From Tubiluchus corallicola (lineage: Eukaryota > Animalia > Priapulida): a stretch of 64,000 nucleotides of DNA. A program made the position numbers and the translations under genes. Positions 1 through 14,509 of the stretch are shown here, one piece after another. Position 1 is the first letter of the stretch. Every line of letters starts with the position of its first letter. Location of the stretch: NCBI GenBank assembly GCA_030141605.1, contig JAQGDQ010000564.1, positions 75,424 through 139,423 on the forward strand, in the 5' to 3' direction. A model generated the notes under the pieces. The model did not search any database. It worked only from the letters and a program-made list of their open reading frames with translations, and was not told the DNA's origin.

Positions 1-964
1 TATCGTGTTTCTACTAAACACTTAGCAACCCTACGAAAATGTTGGTTGCTGTGGACTTTGCAAGAACACATTGATGTTATGTTTAAATCCAGTAGATGGC
101 CATTGCTGATGAAGATCTGGTCTTGTCAACAGAAAAAAAACCGAAGCAAAATAACAGCTTCCACGAGCTACTATCAGAGTTAGTATAAAATTATACAATT
201 GCAGTACTAGTTTTTAGCCAGAGAAATTAGTACGAGGTTAGAAAATTAAATTTTTAGCATTTTTTAAACATTTTCTTGAACATTTCATGCTAGAATATTA
301 GAGTCGAATATATTTAGCATTTATTTTAATAAAAAAACAAAAAATGACATTTGTCTAAATTATAGATGAATTTGACTTTGAGGTATCATAACAAAGTCGA
401 CATTTAACTATTCCGACTTATGGACGAATTTTCTTTGCAACTAAAACATTTTAAAGTCAGTTGTCTCACTCTGCTTATAATTAATAACACGAATCATTCA
501 CTTCACAAATTCTATTATAAATCATACTATGCCATAAAACTGATGTACGCTTTTATAGCAAAATATTTAGGAGATGGTATGATTTATTGTAGTAGTAATC
601 GCTGTTTTTTAACTGATACGTTGCAGTTTTAAATTCTGCACATATTTTTTATATTTTTGTATATATTTATAGTTCTTTTAATAGCGAAAGTACTGCTACT
701 TAGCTTTTATTATACATTTTTACTTTTTTATAGCATTTTCGTATCCTGAAATAAACTTTAAATAAAATATATAAATTTTCGTGCAAAGAAGCTATCCTCG
801 TGTTATTTTATTTTTTGTATGTAAAAAAATTTGATTTTGGTGGGCGGAGCTGCATTAGGTGCTGGAGCAATCAAGCTCAAGCGGACAAGTGACATGATAA
901 CATCATTAATACAAACGCAATAATGAGAGGGAGAATGAAACTAACGGAAGTTACTTTTTTTCAG

Positions 965-3900
965 GAAATGGAGATTACAGTAAGAGTTAACGTATACGAG
1001 TTCTATGAAGGAACGTTGTCGCCATTTGATTTTCGTATAACTGAATGCAACCCGGATCTAGGCGAAGAAATGATGTTGACTATTACTTACGAAGGTAAGA
1101 TTTTCAACATTAGAACTTTTGTATTTTAGTGTTACCCGCTTAATGCTGGTTTACAGACAACAACATTTGCGTAAGCAAACCAACTGCATGACAGTTAGAT
1201 GGGCGCTAGCGCAGGAAATATATTATGCTTTGATAGGCATGAAAGGATCATTACCACACAAACACAATTTCGCGTTCGCACCACTAGTTCACACTGTTAC
1301 GTGCATTTCTCCCTCCACTAAATAGACGGGCAGTGCCTGCACTTCGAAAACTTGTTGCACAAAAAACAGGTGCTGTACCTCTCAGTTGTTAGTTTGTTTG
1401 TTTAAGTGTTAGTTTGTGACAAACTACACGTGTTTGACAGCTCATGTGTGAACGCAGCCAGCGGTAAATTTGAAATTTGAATTTTTATCAAAAACTTGCC
1501 TAGTTTTGGTACAACACACTGAATATCTTACAGCAGCACTGAACTTCAATTTTCTCTTTCACAGACACGTGCTCGTGGAATACTTTTACTGTTGAAAAAT
1601 ATGTTGGTTTGTGACGTCATCAATAGTTGGGCTCGTCCGTCGTTAATTAAGATTTAAACCTATTATTTAGTTATCAGAAACACTTTTGCAGTGTCAATTG
1701 TGTTAAAATGTATACTTTTTACCGTAGTTGGAAATGAGGTAGTGATATGAAAAATCATGCTGTGTTCCTTTAATAAACGGTTTTAGCAAATTGCCTCGAA
1801 CAGCAATCTGATTGGAAACACGTTTCTCTTCCAGTTGTGGGCGATGAACCAAGCATTAGCAAGAACTACAGAAAAAGTTTCGAAGTTGAGACAGTCCTTG
1901 CTATTGCAGCTGTAGCAAATATATCAGTACTGCGGATTCCAAGCGTACAGGTATGCAACTAAACGGTCAACTATGCAGCCAAACATTTGCATAAATGCGT
2001 TTCAGTTGTGAACGGAGTAAGAAAAAGAAACTGAAAAGAAAGAGATCACTGTAACGGTGACCTTGAAGAAATGTAATATTAATTATTTATAGATTTTCTA
2101 ATGATTATTACAGGTTGATTATGACACTCAAAACGTCTATTCTACAGCTACGTTGATTGACAGAGCACCTTCATTATGTAAGTGTAATGTAAAATAAATT
2201 TAAAGGAAAAGTCAAGTATTCTAGGAAGTTAAGTTTATATCAATGTTAGCAAAACATGTTAGAAGGATTTAGTCATAAGTGTGATGTAAAATAAATTTAA
2301 AGGAAAAGAAAAGAAAATTTTTCTAGGAGGTGTGGCTTATTTCAATGTTTACGAAAAATGTTAGTAGGATTTAGTAATAAAACTGCAATAAGCGTCTCGT
2401 ATAATTAGTAAAATCACTTTACAGCTGTGATAATTTCATGTTTGGGCGGTCCCATTTTCAACGCTCATTCTTCTTCCAATGACGTCATTTGTCCTGAAAA
2501 AAAGTAGCGCATGGTCAATCTTCATCAAAAGTATAATAAATTTTTACCAAAAAAATAGATAGCTAATTTTGTAATATTTTTGCGTGAACGTTAAGAAAGC
2601 TGCAGAAGTTTGAATTAGTTTAAGCAGCGCTCTTACGGAAAGCCATGATGTGTTTACCGAAAGTCACAAAGCCCACCAGTTGCGTCATAACTTTCAAGTG
2701 AGTGGCAACAACCATCACGCCTGAAAATCTCAATACAGCAGTTCACAATTTTATGCTTTATAGACAGTTTTTCAACCTCGTTATAACGCTCCTTTTATAA
2801 TTTCAGCCTCGGTATAACACCCCTTGTATAATGTTAACTTTGTTGTAACGCCCCTTTTATAATTTCAACCTCGGTATAACGCCTCTTTTATAATGTCAAA
2901 CTCGTTATAATGCTTCCTTTGTAATGTCAACCTCGTTATAATGCCCCTTTTATAATGTTAACCTCGGTATAACGCCCCTTTTATAATTTCAGCCTCGGTA
3001 TAACACCCCTTTTATAACGTCAATCTTTGTTATAACGCCCCTTTTATAATGTCAAACTCATTATAATGCCCCTTTTATAATGTCAACCTCGGTATAACGC
3101 CCCTTTTATAATGTCAAACTCGTTATTACGCCTCTTTATAATGTCAACCTCGTTATAACACCCCTTTTATAATGTCATCTTCGTTGTGATGCCCCTTTCA
3201 TAACGTCAGCTTCGGTATAACACCCCTTTTATAATGTCAACCTCGTTATAATGCCCCTTTTATAATGTCAGCTTCGGTATAACACCCATTTTATAATGTC
3301 AAACTCATTATAATGCCACTTTTATAATGTCAACCTCGGTATAACGCCCCTTTTATAATGTCAAACTCGTTATTACGCCTCTTTTATAATGTCAACCTCG
3401 TTATAACACCCCTTTTATAATGTCATCTTCGTTATGATGCCCCTTTCATAACGTCATCTTCGGTATAACACCCCTTTTATAATGTCAACCTCGTTATTAC
3501 GCCCCTTTTATAATGTCAAACTCGTTATTACGCCTCTTTTATAATGTCAACCTCGTTATAACACCCCTTTTATAATGTCAACTTTTTATAAAATGTCCCC
3601 TTTTATAGTTGTACAACAAGTTGTGAGAGAAGTTGCCAAACTGTTCACACGTGCAATTTTTCTCTCAGAGAGAAGTTGCACAACAAGTTGCGAGAGAAGT
3701 TGTGCAACAAGTTGTGAGAGAAGTCTCCACCTCTAACACAGCATTAGAGATACAATCTGTCTTACAAGCCAAATTGCACTTTTAGCATTATGCACAAAAT
3801 AGCAACGTTAAGGGCGATTATGACGATGGTGATGCTGATGACGACAGTGGGACAACAGAGATGAAAATGATAAAAATTGTTTTTATTCTGTTAAGCATAC

Positions 3901-4298
3901 TTCTCTTCGAGGGATGGTCCAGAGACGGTGCCAGCATCTTGGCAGAAAGATGACTTCTCTATCACCTCCGCCAGCGACTGTGCAGACTTGTGTCTAGAGA
4001 ACGATTGCGATATCTTCGGTTTTTGTGAATACACCATAAACTTAGTCGATCCGCCATGTCGTTTACTGAGATTTCCCGTTGAAGGGGGAGAGTCGTTTGT
4101 CACTCAGTTCGATAAGTATTGTAGGTTGTATGAAAGTAAGTGAATATTTCTATTTTTTTACAACCGTATCGAATGAGTAATTTTTTTATGTAAACACAAA
4201 ACTAAGTAAGCGATTGCATTTGATAAACGTAAGATTTAATAATGATAATGATAATCATGACGATGATGATGATGATGATGATGATGATGCTTGTGATG

Positions 4299-4329
<31 letters not shown>

Positions 4330-6407
4330 GGATGATGGTGATGATGATGACGACGACGACGATGATGATGATGGTGATGGTGACGGTAACAGTGACGGTG
4401 ACGATATTAATAAAGATGACAATGATGATAAGGATGACGACGACGATGATGATGATAATAATGATGAGGATATTGATCATGATAATAACAATAATAATGA
4501 TGATGATGGTGATGATGATGATGACGACGACGACGATGATGATGATGATGGTGATGGTGATTATTTTAATGCATTTTATGTGACGATCAAATGCATCTTA
4601 CAAGTAAAAAATCATCAACATTACTAAAAATAAATTCATAACATATATAAGACCATGGCACTTTTTCAATGTGACAAAAAGGGAAAATAATAAAAACACG
4701 AAAAATTTAGTAAAAAATAAAAGCAATGCCATAAAGCAATGCCATATAAATTGCAAGATTGTCTCAACGACAGAAGCCTTCATCAAAATAGTTTTCAGAC
4801 TTTTTTAAAATTGCATGAATTACAGTTAGAGAGATTGACGGAAATTGGCATGCGAAAAACGTGCGAACGTGTTACACAGATTCTGTAACACACCACAGAC
4901 AGTTACAGCAAAGTACATTTAAAATGGAACGCAGATTGTGTAACACACCACAGACAGTTACAGCAAAGTAGATGTAAAAAGGAACACGATACAAATAGGT
5001 GCCTGGAAAGTTGCAGTCATGACAGTACAGTATAAACACAGTTTCATAATTGTTTTACAAAATTATTCAAGCCGTTTATAGTATTGAAATCTATAATTTT
5101 CCTGCTAACAAATTTTGACAACTACATTCTTCATGATAAAACAGTTACATAAAATTTTAAATAATTTACTTCTAATATAAACTTCATATAACATGCCAAC
5201 ATAGCGCAATCTATTATCCATTTCCACTGACACATCCTTCTACCCTTCCTGTGTGATCTAACCTTTCTCACAGTTCTTTTTTTATTCACTCATCCATTCT
5301 TTTTTTATCTGGTTCACATGACAGTGGGCTTATACAAGCCTTTGCTTCTCTAGCCCACTGCAGTACAATTATTCTTTTATGATAACGATAGTGTATGAAA
5401 CATAAGAATTTAATACAGTATGATGGATGCCACTGTGTGCTTAATGTCATTATATTGTACTGAATGTGATAATAATAAATAAGAAAACTTCATATAAAAT
5501 AGAGTAGATTTGTTTGTAATCATGAACTACGCTTTTACGTACAGTTTAGATATTTTAAGAGTAATTTTACTACTTAATTACTATTATTTTAGAGGTGCAT
5601 TTAGAGAGCAATGTTGTCATAGAACCAACGAACACAGAAGTTTACAAAATACTCGAAAGCAAAATACAATCAGGCGAATTTATTATAAGACTCCCTGAAT
5701 TACTGCAGGATCATAGTGACGTCGAATTCGTAGCGCATCGATTAGTGGACGTGTCGCCATCTGCTGACTTGCACAGTAAGCTTTCAGCCTTTATTATACC
5801 TTTAATACCATTTATTATTAATTTTTTATACGTACCATTTGTTTATTAAAGACTATAAGCCTGTCTACATGTCTGTTTAAAAGTCTGCATAATTGTCTTG
5901 TTGGTCTAGAATGATGCTTTAAATTAATGACCTTGAAGAAGAACCCTTCGTTGTGCGCACGCGCAGTTGCTGCAGGTCAAAGGTTAAGTGTACCACAGAA
6001 ACGCGACTTAACTACAACGGTCAGTTGACGTGTTGGTAAGGCAAAGCCGTCTGCAGCATCAGTTCAGTAACTTCAGTTGCTTTACGTGGAATTTACTTAC
6101 ATTACAAATGCATTGTCTGGTGCACTTAACCTTTGACCTTTTCACGATCACTATTAATCGCTGGAAATAACCGAAATAATTCTATTTTAAATTGAGAAAA
6201 CTGTGAAAAGGCTTATTGTTGTGTTTTCGTCCAATGATAAACAGGCGTACAACATTGTTGTTTAACATTGTTGCATAATGGGGATTACAATGTAATTTCG
6301 CAACACTGTTGCACATGTAACATGTTGAGTAACTTGCAATTTCACTGATTGTCAATAATAATAATAATGATAATGATAACGATAACGATAACGATAACGA
6401 TAACGAC

Positions 6408-6492
<85 letters not shown>

Positions 6493-9400
6493 TTAATTTC
6501 AGTTTATGGTGAAACTTTCTATAAAATAGCAGACAAAGGCAGATATAACTTTGAAGACTCTGCCTATGTTTTAAGAACATACAAGGTAATAAAACTCTTT
6601 TTGTCTTTTGTGTTTTAAACTTAGACCTAATTCTCTTGTATGATCGGTGAATCAACTTAGTTAGCGTGTGTCTATCACTCATTGGCTGTTAGGTGCTTGT
6701 TATCAATGCTAACCTGTAAGATAAAACACTGAACGGGAAGAGGTAGGTCACGCTCAAATACATCTTTGCTCAATAAGTTAAACAGCCAGAATCCATATAG
6801 TGAATGAAGGTTTTCTGAACAAGTACTGAACTTGGTCATCACCCATCTGTTTACTCATCAGCCTTAGTGTTGCTCGACTTCCATCGCGAACCACATACAG
6901 TGACTTTCTTGTTATACTCAAAGGGGAAGAAAAGGCTAATTTAAAGTACATCCTAAGGGACTTCTCAGACAAAGTAAATTACTTTGCATTATGCTTGTCT
7001 GTTTGAAAGGCTTATGTAAATAGAAAGGGGAATTTCTAATAATTTAAAACGTTGCGCTGCCCATCATGACAGCACCGCATCGCCATCTCACTGTGCACCC
7101 AATCTTAAATCTTAACTCAGAACAATCTACACTTTAAAATATTGAAAGGAAATGTACAATTTTTTCAAGAATGACTTACGTGAAAGAATTATTACCACAC
7201 AAACACAATTTCACGTTCCCGTCACCAGTTCTTCACTGTTACATTTCGCCATTCGCTAGTTAGACGGACACCAGTGCACAAAAAACAGGTGCTGTACCTC
7301 TCAGTTCAGACGTGTTCGCTTGTGACGAACTACACATGTTCTACAGCTCATGCATATGAAATTTGAATTTTTATCTTAAAACTTGCCTAGGTTTAATACA
7401 ACACACAGAATCTCTTACAGTAACACTATACTTGAATTTTCTGTTTCGCAAACACGTGCAACACGCTCGTAGAATATTTTTGCTGTTGAAAATTATGTTA
7501 GTTTGTGATGTCAGCAACAGTTCGACTCGCCCGCCGTTAATTAAGTTTTTAATCTACTAATTAATTATGAAAACCGGTTTTGCAGTATTTAAAAATGTGT
7601 TAAAATGTTGGCACTTGAAAATGGAGTAGTATATGAAATATTATGTTGTGTTGCTTTAATGAGGCTAGGTGAACTGTGTCTATGCATTAAAATGGTGGTC
7701 AAAATAGCAACCTAACTAACACATGTTTATCTTTCTTTTCTCTGCTAGAACACAGGCATAACTGACTGTGAAAGATACTGTGCAACTGAAGAGATGTTTC
7801 AGTGTAAAGGGTTCAACATCTGTGGCTATAATTGCTACCTGGTCAACGTCCATCCTGGTCAGATAGACACCTCTGATGGGGAGAGGGACACGTCGTGTGA
7901 ACTGTATGCACGTGAGTTTTGTGCTTTTGATGATCTTAAACTCGAAAACAGTTCATGATTTAATTTTTTTTAATTTTATAATTGTAACTTGTTGTTGTTG
8001 TTGTTGGCATCCTTCTGTCTCGGAAGACAATGGAGTGTGCGCCAAGAGAGTCAGTTATTGATCACACTGATGGAGCTGCAGCGTCGACTGTGGCTGAGTA
8101 GTCAAATCCTTGAACGTCTCCAGGGCGCACGCCTGGGCAAGGTGTATGGAAATCCTGAGTTGCCCAGACAACAGGAACCCCCTCTCTTCCTCCCTAGTGT
8201 AGTCCAAAGGTAAGCGGAGCTATACGTTTGGCACCAGGTTGGCTGCAGCTCCAAGGCGAGAGAAACAAAAAACAACAATTTTATTTGCAACAATTGCTAA
8301 TGAATGAATGTTCATTGAATCGTTTAGCTATTTTCAACACTTTACAGGGCAATACACTGACAAGTTCATGACACTGCAGGGAACTATGGTTGGTGTGAAC
8401 GCTGAACTTGTTCTGCAAAATGTGAACAGCACCGAAGCTTGTGCAGAAATTTGCTTTGACATGGAGGGTAAGCCTAGAATTGCTGCTACTAGCAGTCAAA
8501 AAGCTTTCTCATAATTCAATTCGAAATTCAGTTCAAAGTTTTCTGACATGTGTTTCCCACCAACTAGTGAAACTGAGCTGATTGTGTTGCACACCACAAG
8601 CACTTGCATCACACGGTGTTAAGAAATTAACACACCACAAATAGTTACTGCAAGTGTTGCTCTTATTAAAGTGCATTACGAAATCAGATTATTTAACCCA
8701 CAGAAGGTGTTGCACACCACAAGCACTTGCATCACAAAGTGTTAAGAGATTAACACACCACAAATAGTTACTGCAAGTGTTGCTCTTATTAAAGTGCATT
8801 ACAAAATCAGATTATTTAACCCACAGAAGGTGTTGCACACCACAAGCACTTGCATCACAAAGTGTTAAGAAATTAACACACCACAATTAGTTACTGCAAG
8901 TGTTGCTCTTATTAAAGTGCATTACGAAATCAGATTATTTAACCCACAGAAGGTGTTGCACACCACAAGCACTTGCATCACAAAGTGTTAAGAAATTAAC
9001 ACACCACAAATAGTTACTGCAAGTGTTGCTCTTATTAAAGTGCATTACAAAATCAGATTATTTAACCCACAGAAGGTGTTGCACACCACAAGCACTTGCA
9101 TCACAAAGTGTTAAGAAATTAACACACCACAAATAGTTACTGCAAGTGTTGCTCTTATTAAAGTGCATTACAAAATCAGATTATTTAACCCACAGAAGGT
9201 GTTGCACACCACAAGTACTTGCATCACACGGTGTTAAGAAATTAACACACCACAAATAGTTACTGCAGGTGTTACACATAGCAGGATCATGCTTGGGAGC
9301 AAGAAAAATGACTTAGGTAAGGTTCTAGCTAGCTGTTAAAAGTGTTACTATTACAATAGCATAGGCGGTGAGGCGTTGTCAAGCGTACACAAATGCGTTG

Positions 9401-11298
9401 TCTGGTACACTTGACCTTTGACCTTTTAACGATCATCGTCAATAGCTGGAATTGTGAAAAAGCTTACTGTTTAGGCTTTTGTTGTCTTTCAGATTTTGAT
9501 TGTCGTTCGTTTGAGCACTGTGTGGTGGCGCTGACATGCAATCTCTTCACTACACATGGTCTGGATCATGACACGTGGAATATCGGAACAACAACATGCT
9601 TTCATTACTCACGTAACGTAATTTAATGAACTAGTTTTTTATGCAGCTTATCGTCTGTAAGCCACTGCTTATTTAACGTAGTTGGGTGTGGCAGAACCGA
9701 AATCTAGCTGTCAATGATAACGTTCTCTATAGCGTATAGTACTGACTTTACACGAAGGCAACGCAGGTAGAAACCAGCCGCTAACCAATTAACTTCGTTT
9801 ACCACTAGGCGGCTCTTGCGCAGTGGCAGCCAAATTAGTGGGGGTGGTGCAAAATTTAAAAAAATTTTAGCCATTGTTTTTAATACTTTGTAAAACGAAA
9901 AAAATACACCGAATTCTAATGTTACCATTGTAATTTTAAATAAACAAACAAATTTGTACATAAAGTTGATAAAATCCTAAATCAAAAATATTATTTTCTT
10001 ACGAATAGCCTAAATTGTCGTAGTTGAAGAATATGCCAATACAACGGATAAACGGCTTTTAAACACGTGACAACTGACAACACGTACTGCAGTAAGCGAC
10101 AGTACTCTTTCTACCTAAAGTACAGCGTCTTATCTCAGACATGTGCGCATGGACGCATGCGCACAACAGCTAAACACACCACTGTGCTGGGCTGTAAAGC
10201 AAACAGTACTACCCTCACGTGCTCCGGTTCCACACAAGTAAAAAAAGATCTAAAGGAAAAAGACTTATTATATTTTATGTTATGGAAAATATTGAGTGAA
10301 AACGGGGAGTGCTGCAGTACCACAGTACCTCCATACGAGCTTCCACTTCTCTTGTGGCAGCTGAGAACACCTCTGACGTGTTGCATCATGTACCGGGGGT
10401 GAGAGAGATGCTGCAGCTTTTTAAGTAACGAGGACGAATCTATCCTCTTGAATATTCCGGTTGCCTAACGCAGCGTGAAGCTAATTTGTTTGACACCAGG
10501 CACAGTGGGGCTAGCCTATTCCGAAGTTGATTAGCCCGATACATATTTTCACAAGATCGCGAACAATAGGGATTACATACAGATTCATCCTGCATGGCCT
10601 TCATGTAAATTCCATATAAGCACAATATGGCAGAAATATTTCAGCCATATTTGACTGCATTTATATCCTAGTCAATGAGTTAAACACTCCCAGAAGTGTT
10701 GCAGATGAAGCCACTTTGTATGCCAATCCATTTACTAGGTAGAAGTGGTGTTGCTTAACTTGTGCAACTAACTGTACACCGTTACCATTTAACTATTTTT
10801 CTCACTCCAAAACAGGTTGTTTGCTATTTTTCACCGGTAGTGCTGGTCATAAATGATTCTCAAGATGGAAGTGATTCGTTTTTAAGATGATCTACGCTTT
10901 AATACCAGCGTCAAAATTCCTTTTTTTTCGGTTTTACCAAAAAATAGTTTACATCAAATTGAAAATAGTAAAAAAAATTAATTTGCTATCTAATTGTAAT
11001 TCAAAATGTGTTTGGTAAATTCCAAAGGTTTGTCCCATTTCCATTTTTTTCAATTTTCAACCAAGCAGGGCAACAAACCGTTGCCAGTACCAAACGCTTG
11101 GGCAATTTAGGAGACAAATTCTAGGTTTTCAACTCACCGAAGGTGTATTTGTTGTTTACTCTTTCAGTCATTATGGTCAGTCATGTAAACGGCTGACCAA
11201 TACACCTACTGACTCGATGCTTGATTATCTGATTGGCCATCTAATTGATCGAGTGATTAGCTGACAGTGGCTGACTGACTAACTGATTAACTGTTTTC

Positions 11299-11330
<32 letters not shown>

Positions 11331-14300
11331 TGACTGACTGACTGACTGACTGACAGACAGACAGATAGACAGACGGACAGTCGGACTGACAGACAGACCG
11401 ACCGACTAACTGAACAACTGATTGACAGACCGACCTATGGACTGATTGACTGACTGACAAACAAGCCAGCGTTTTGACATTAAATTAACTAACTCATCAG
11501 TTATCAAAGCAAATCAATGATTAATGCAAATACACTATAAGTGACTAGTGAATACAGTCTGCACTTGCATGCAATATATTCTGTTTAGGGAACTACGTCA
11601 GCGATTTTTCCCAGTATCCTGGTGTTCGTGTTCATCCCAGTGATCCTTCAATAATCTATGGTGAGACGTCTTTAGAAAAATGTGCCAAAGCATGTGTGGA
11701 ATATAGCGATGACTTTGAATGCAGGTATGTGCTAAATCATGTTGGTTACAGCTGAGATTTTGAATGCAGGTATGTGCTAAATCATGTTGGCTACAGCTGA
11801 GATTTTGACAGCATGTATGTGCTAAATCATGTTGGCTACAGCTGAGATTTTGACAGCATGTATGTGAAAAGTATGTGTGAAATACAGCTGAGATTTTGAC
11901 AGCATGTATGTGCTAAATCATGTTGGCTACAGCCGAGATATTGACAGCGTGTATGTGAAAAGTATGTGTGAAATACAGCTGAGATTTTGACAGCATGTAT
12001 GTGCTAAATCATGTTGGCTACAGCCGAGATATTGACAGCTGATGTGAAAATATTTGAGCTGAGATTTTGACAGCATGTATGTGCTAAATCATGTTGGCTA
12101 CAGCTGAGATTTTGACAGCATGTATGTGAAAAGTATATTTGAAATATAGCTGAGATTTTGACAGCATGTATGTGCTAAATCATGTTGGCTACAGCTGAGA
12201 TTTTGACAGCATGTATGTGAAAAATCATGTTGAAATACAGCTGAGATTTTGACAGCATGTATGTGCTAAATCATGTTGGCTGCAGCTGAGATTTTTATTT
12301 TGACAGCATGTATGTGCTAAATCATGTTGGCTACAGCTGAGATTTTCCCAGCATGTATGTGGAAAGTTTGGGTGAAATACAGCAGTGTTTTTGGGCAGCA
12401 TGTATGTGGAAAACATGTATGAAATACAGCAGTAAATGTTACTGTACCTATGTGCAAAGAATGTGTGGAATACAGTAGTGATTTGACAACAGGTACATTA
12501 CTGTATGTACTAAAGTATCTATGCAATACTGTAAGTAAGCATAATTATTGAAATAGTTTACATTATTTTTACATAATGATGTTCACAATGACGACATGAA
12601 AGTAATAGTATTAAAACATATTATTGTACAAGATATATATATTGTTGTGGAGACCCACTAGAATTAAATAGAATATTATAGAATGTTCTGTAGTATAGTA
12701 GAACAATCTTCTTACCTTGTAGAAGTTTCGAGAACTTTCTGCACTGATACATAAGGCGGATCTGGCCGCTGGAGTTTATTTTCTTGTATCCTCTTATTCT
12801 CAGATTCTCAGATGCGCTTTCTCGCTTTCACGTTTCCAGATTATCACATTTACTGTAATCATTTCGCGTTCCTTCATACTTTTGTGTTGTAGAATTCTCG
12901 CATAATAAACTAGTTTAATTTGACGACGTGCTTTCTGGTTTTGTCTACGAGCCTTCCGAGAGAAACAAAACACAACATATATATTGGTCTATTACACTAT
13001 AAAGACTTAAATATGTTTCAGTATAACTCATTAGTAAATGATAATGAACGTCTCGACACGAATACATTATTGTTTCCTTTATATTGCTAGTTTAGAACAA
13101 TAATATCATATTAGGTGTTGCTGACAGATTGCACAAGTCTTACCTCTCCTTTATAAAATTACTAAAAAACCTGTATAGCTAAACGTTTGTCTGTCAGTAT
13201 ATTGAGAATGATATTACTTAGTATTATTGTCCAAGTCAGTAGATTTGTTCTTAATCAATAAGCCTAGAAATAATGAAGTTGAACTCAAATCAAAATGTAT
13301 TTAACTCCTGTTGTTGATTAATAGCATTATTAACCCAAAGTGTTTTTATCATTTCATAACAATTTTCACCTGTATTTCACATAAAATCTAAATGCAATTT
13401 TTAGTTTAATCAAGATTGACATTATTTTGTTGCCCGCTAATTAAACTACATGTATATTCTTTTCTCTGGATTATATACCAAATGTTATAATTTTAAAATC
13501 ATTAATGTTTCCTAAATTAAACTTGTCCACCAGTGTCTAAAAATCATTTTATCTATATTCGGTAAAGGATAGCAGACTAGGTGACTTTATAGTCTTTTCG
13601 CTGTCCTTTCTCTAGTTCTAGATCTATCTATTCATTTTAACCATTCTTCAAAACTTATTAGAGATTCTTTTATTAATCATATTTAATCGTAGTATTATAA
13701 AGACATAAATAAATTGAAATTGAATTGAATTGTCTTTTCGCTATCCTTTCTCTAGTTCTAGATCTATCTATACATTTTAACCATTCTTCAAAACCCATTA
13801 GCGATTAATTTATTAATCATGTTTTATTGTAGTATCATAATAAGATAAATAAATTAAAATTGAATTGAAAGAGTCCAACATACCGATTGACCTTTGTCCA
13901 AGGAGATCTCCGATAAGGAGCTGGGAGATGACATTGCGCATGCGCTGTTATGTTAACTTAAATCACAAAGGATTGAGCACACATTATAAAGTTTTTAGAG
14001 GAAGCCCATCAAGTCAGAATAATTGGATAATTACATGGGCAGTTGGGCACGATGCATTGTAATGCTTATCCTATAGCCTTGTGTGTTCATTCATAAACCT
14101 GCTTGCTAGGGCAGATCCAGGCAAACAGCATAAACACTAATAACTCCAGATACGCCACACTAGCGTGTTTCTTGACACAAAGTTTGCAGAACGAATATTT
14201 TACTTTCTATGCAGATTAAACGGTGGATTAATTAAAGCACTGGTCAGATAGTTGATTGACCAAGTCAATTAACTGACTGACTAGCTAACTAACTGGGTTT

Positions 14301-14463
14301 GTTTGATCATTTTAGGTCGTTTGACTACTGTACAGATTATCCAGATCAACCCAAGGAAACTTGTCTGCTGAGTGGTGTGAACCTAAAAGATGAACAAGCA
14401 TCGACAGATTCTAATGATGGATGTGACCATTACTCAAGTTAGTGTTGTCAGTTTATGTTGTGC

Positions 14464-14509
<46 letters not shown>

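Noticed and set aside
4202-4627. Poly-Asp, poly-Met and poly-Ile ORFs (likewise 6182-6682 and 14390-14813)
   Set aside because: Trinucleotide microsatellites inside introns.
7988-8260. Short GC-richer ORFs in a PAN-gene intron
   Set aside because: Probably a retroelement fragment; not needed for the spliced frame and no recognisable domain.
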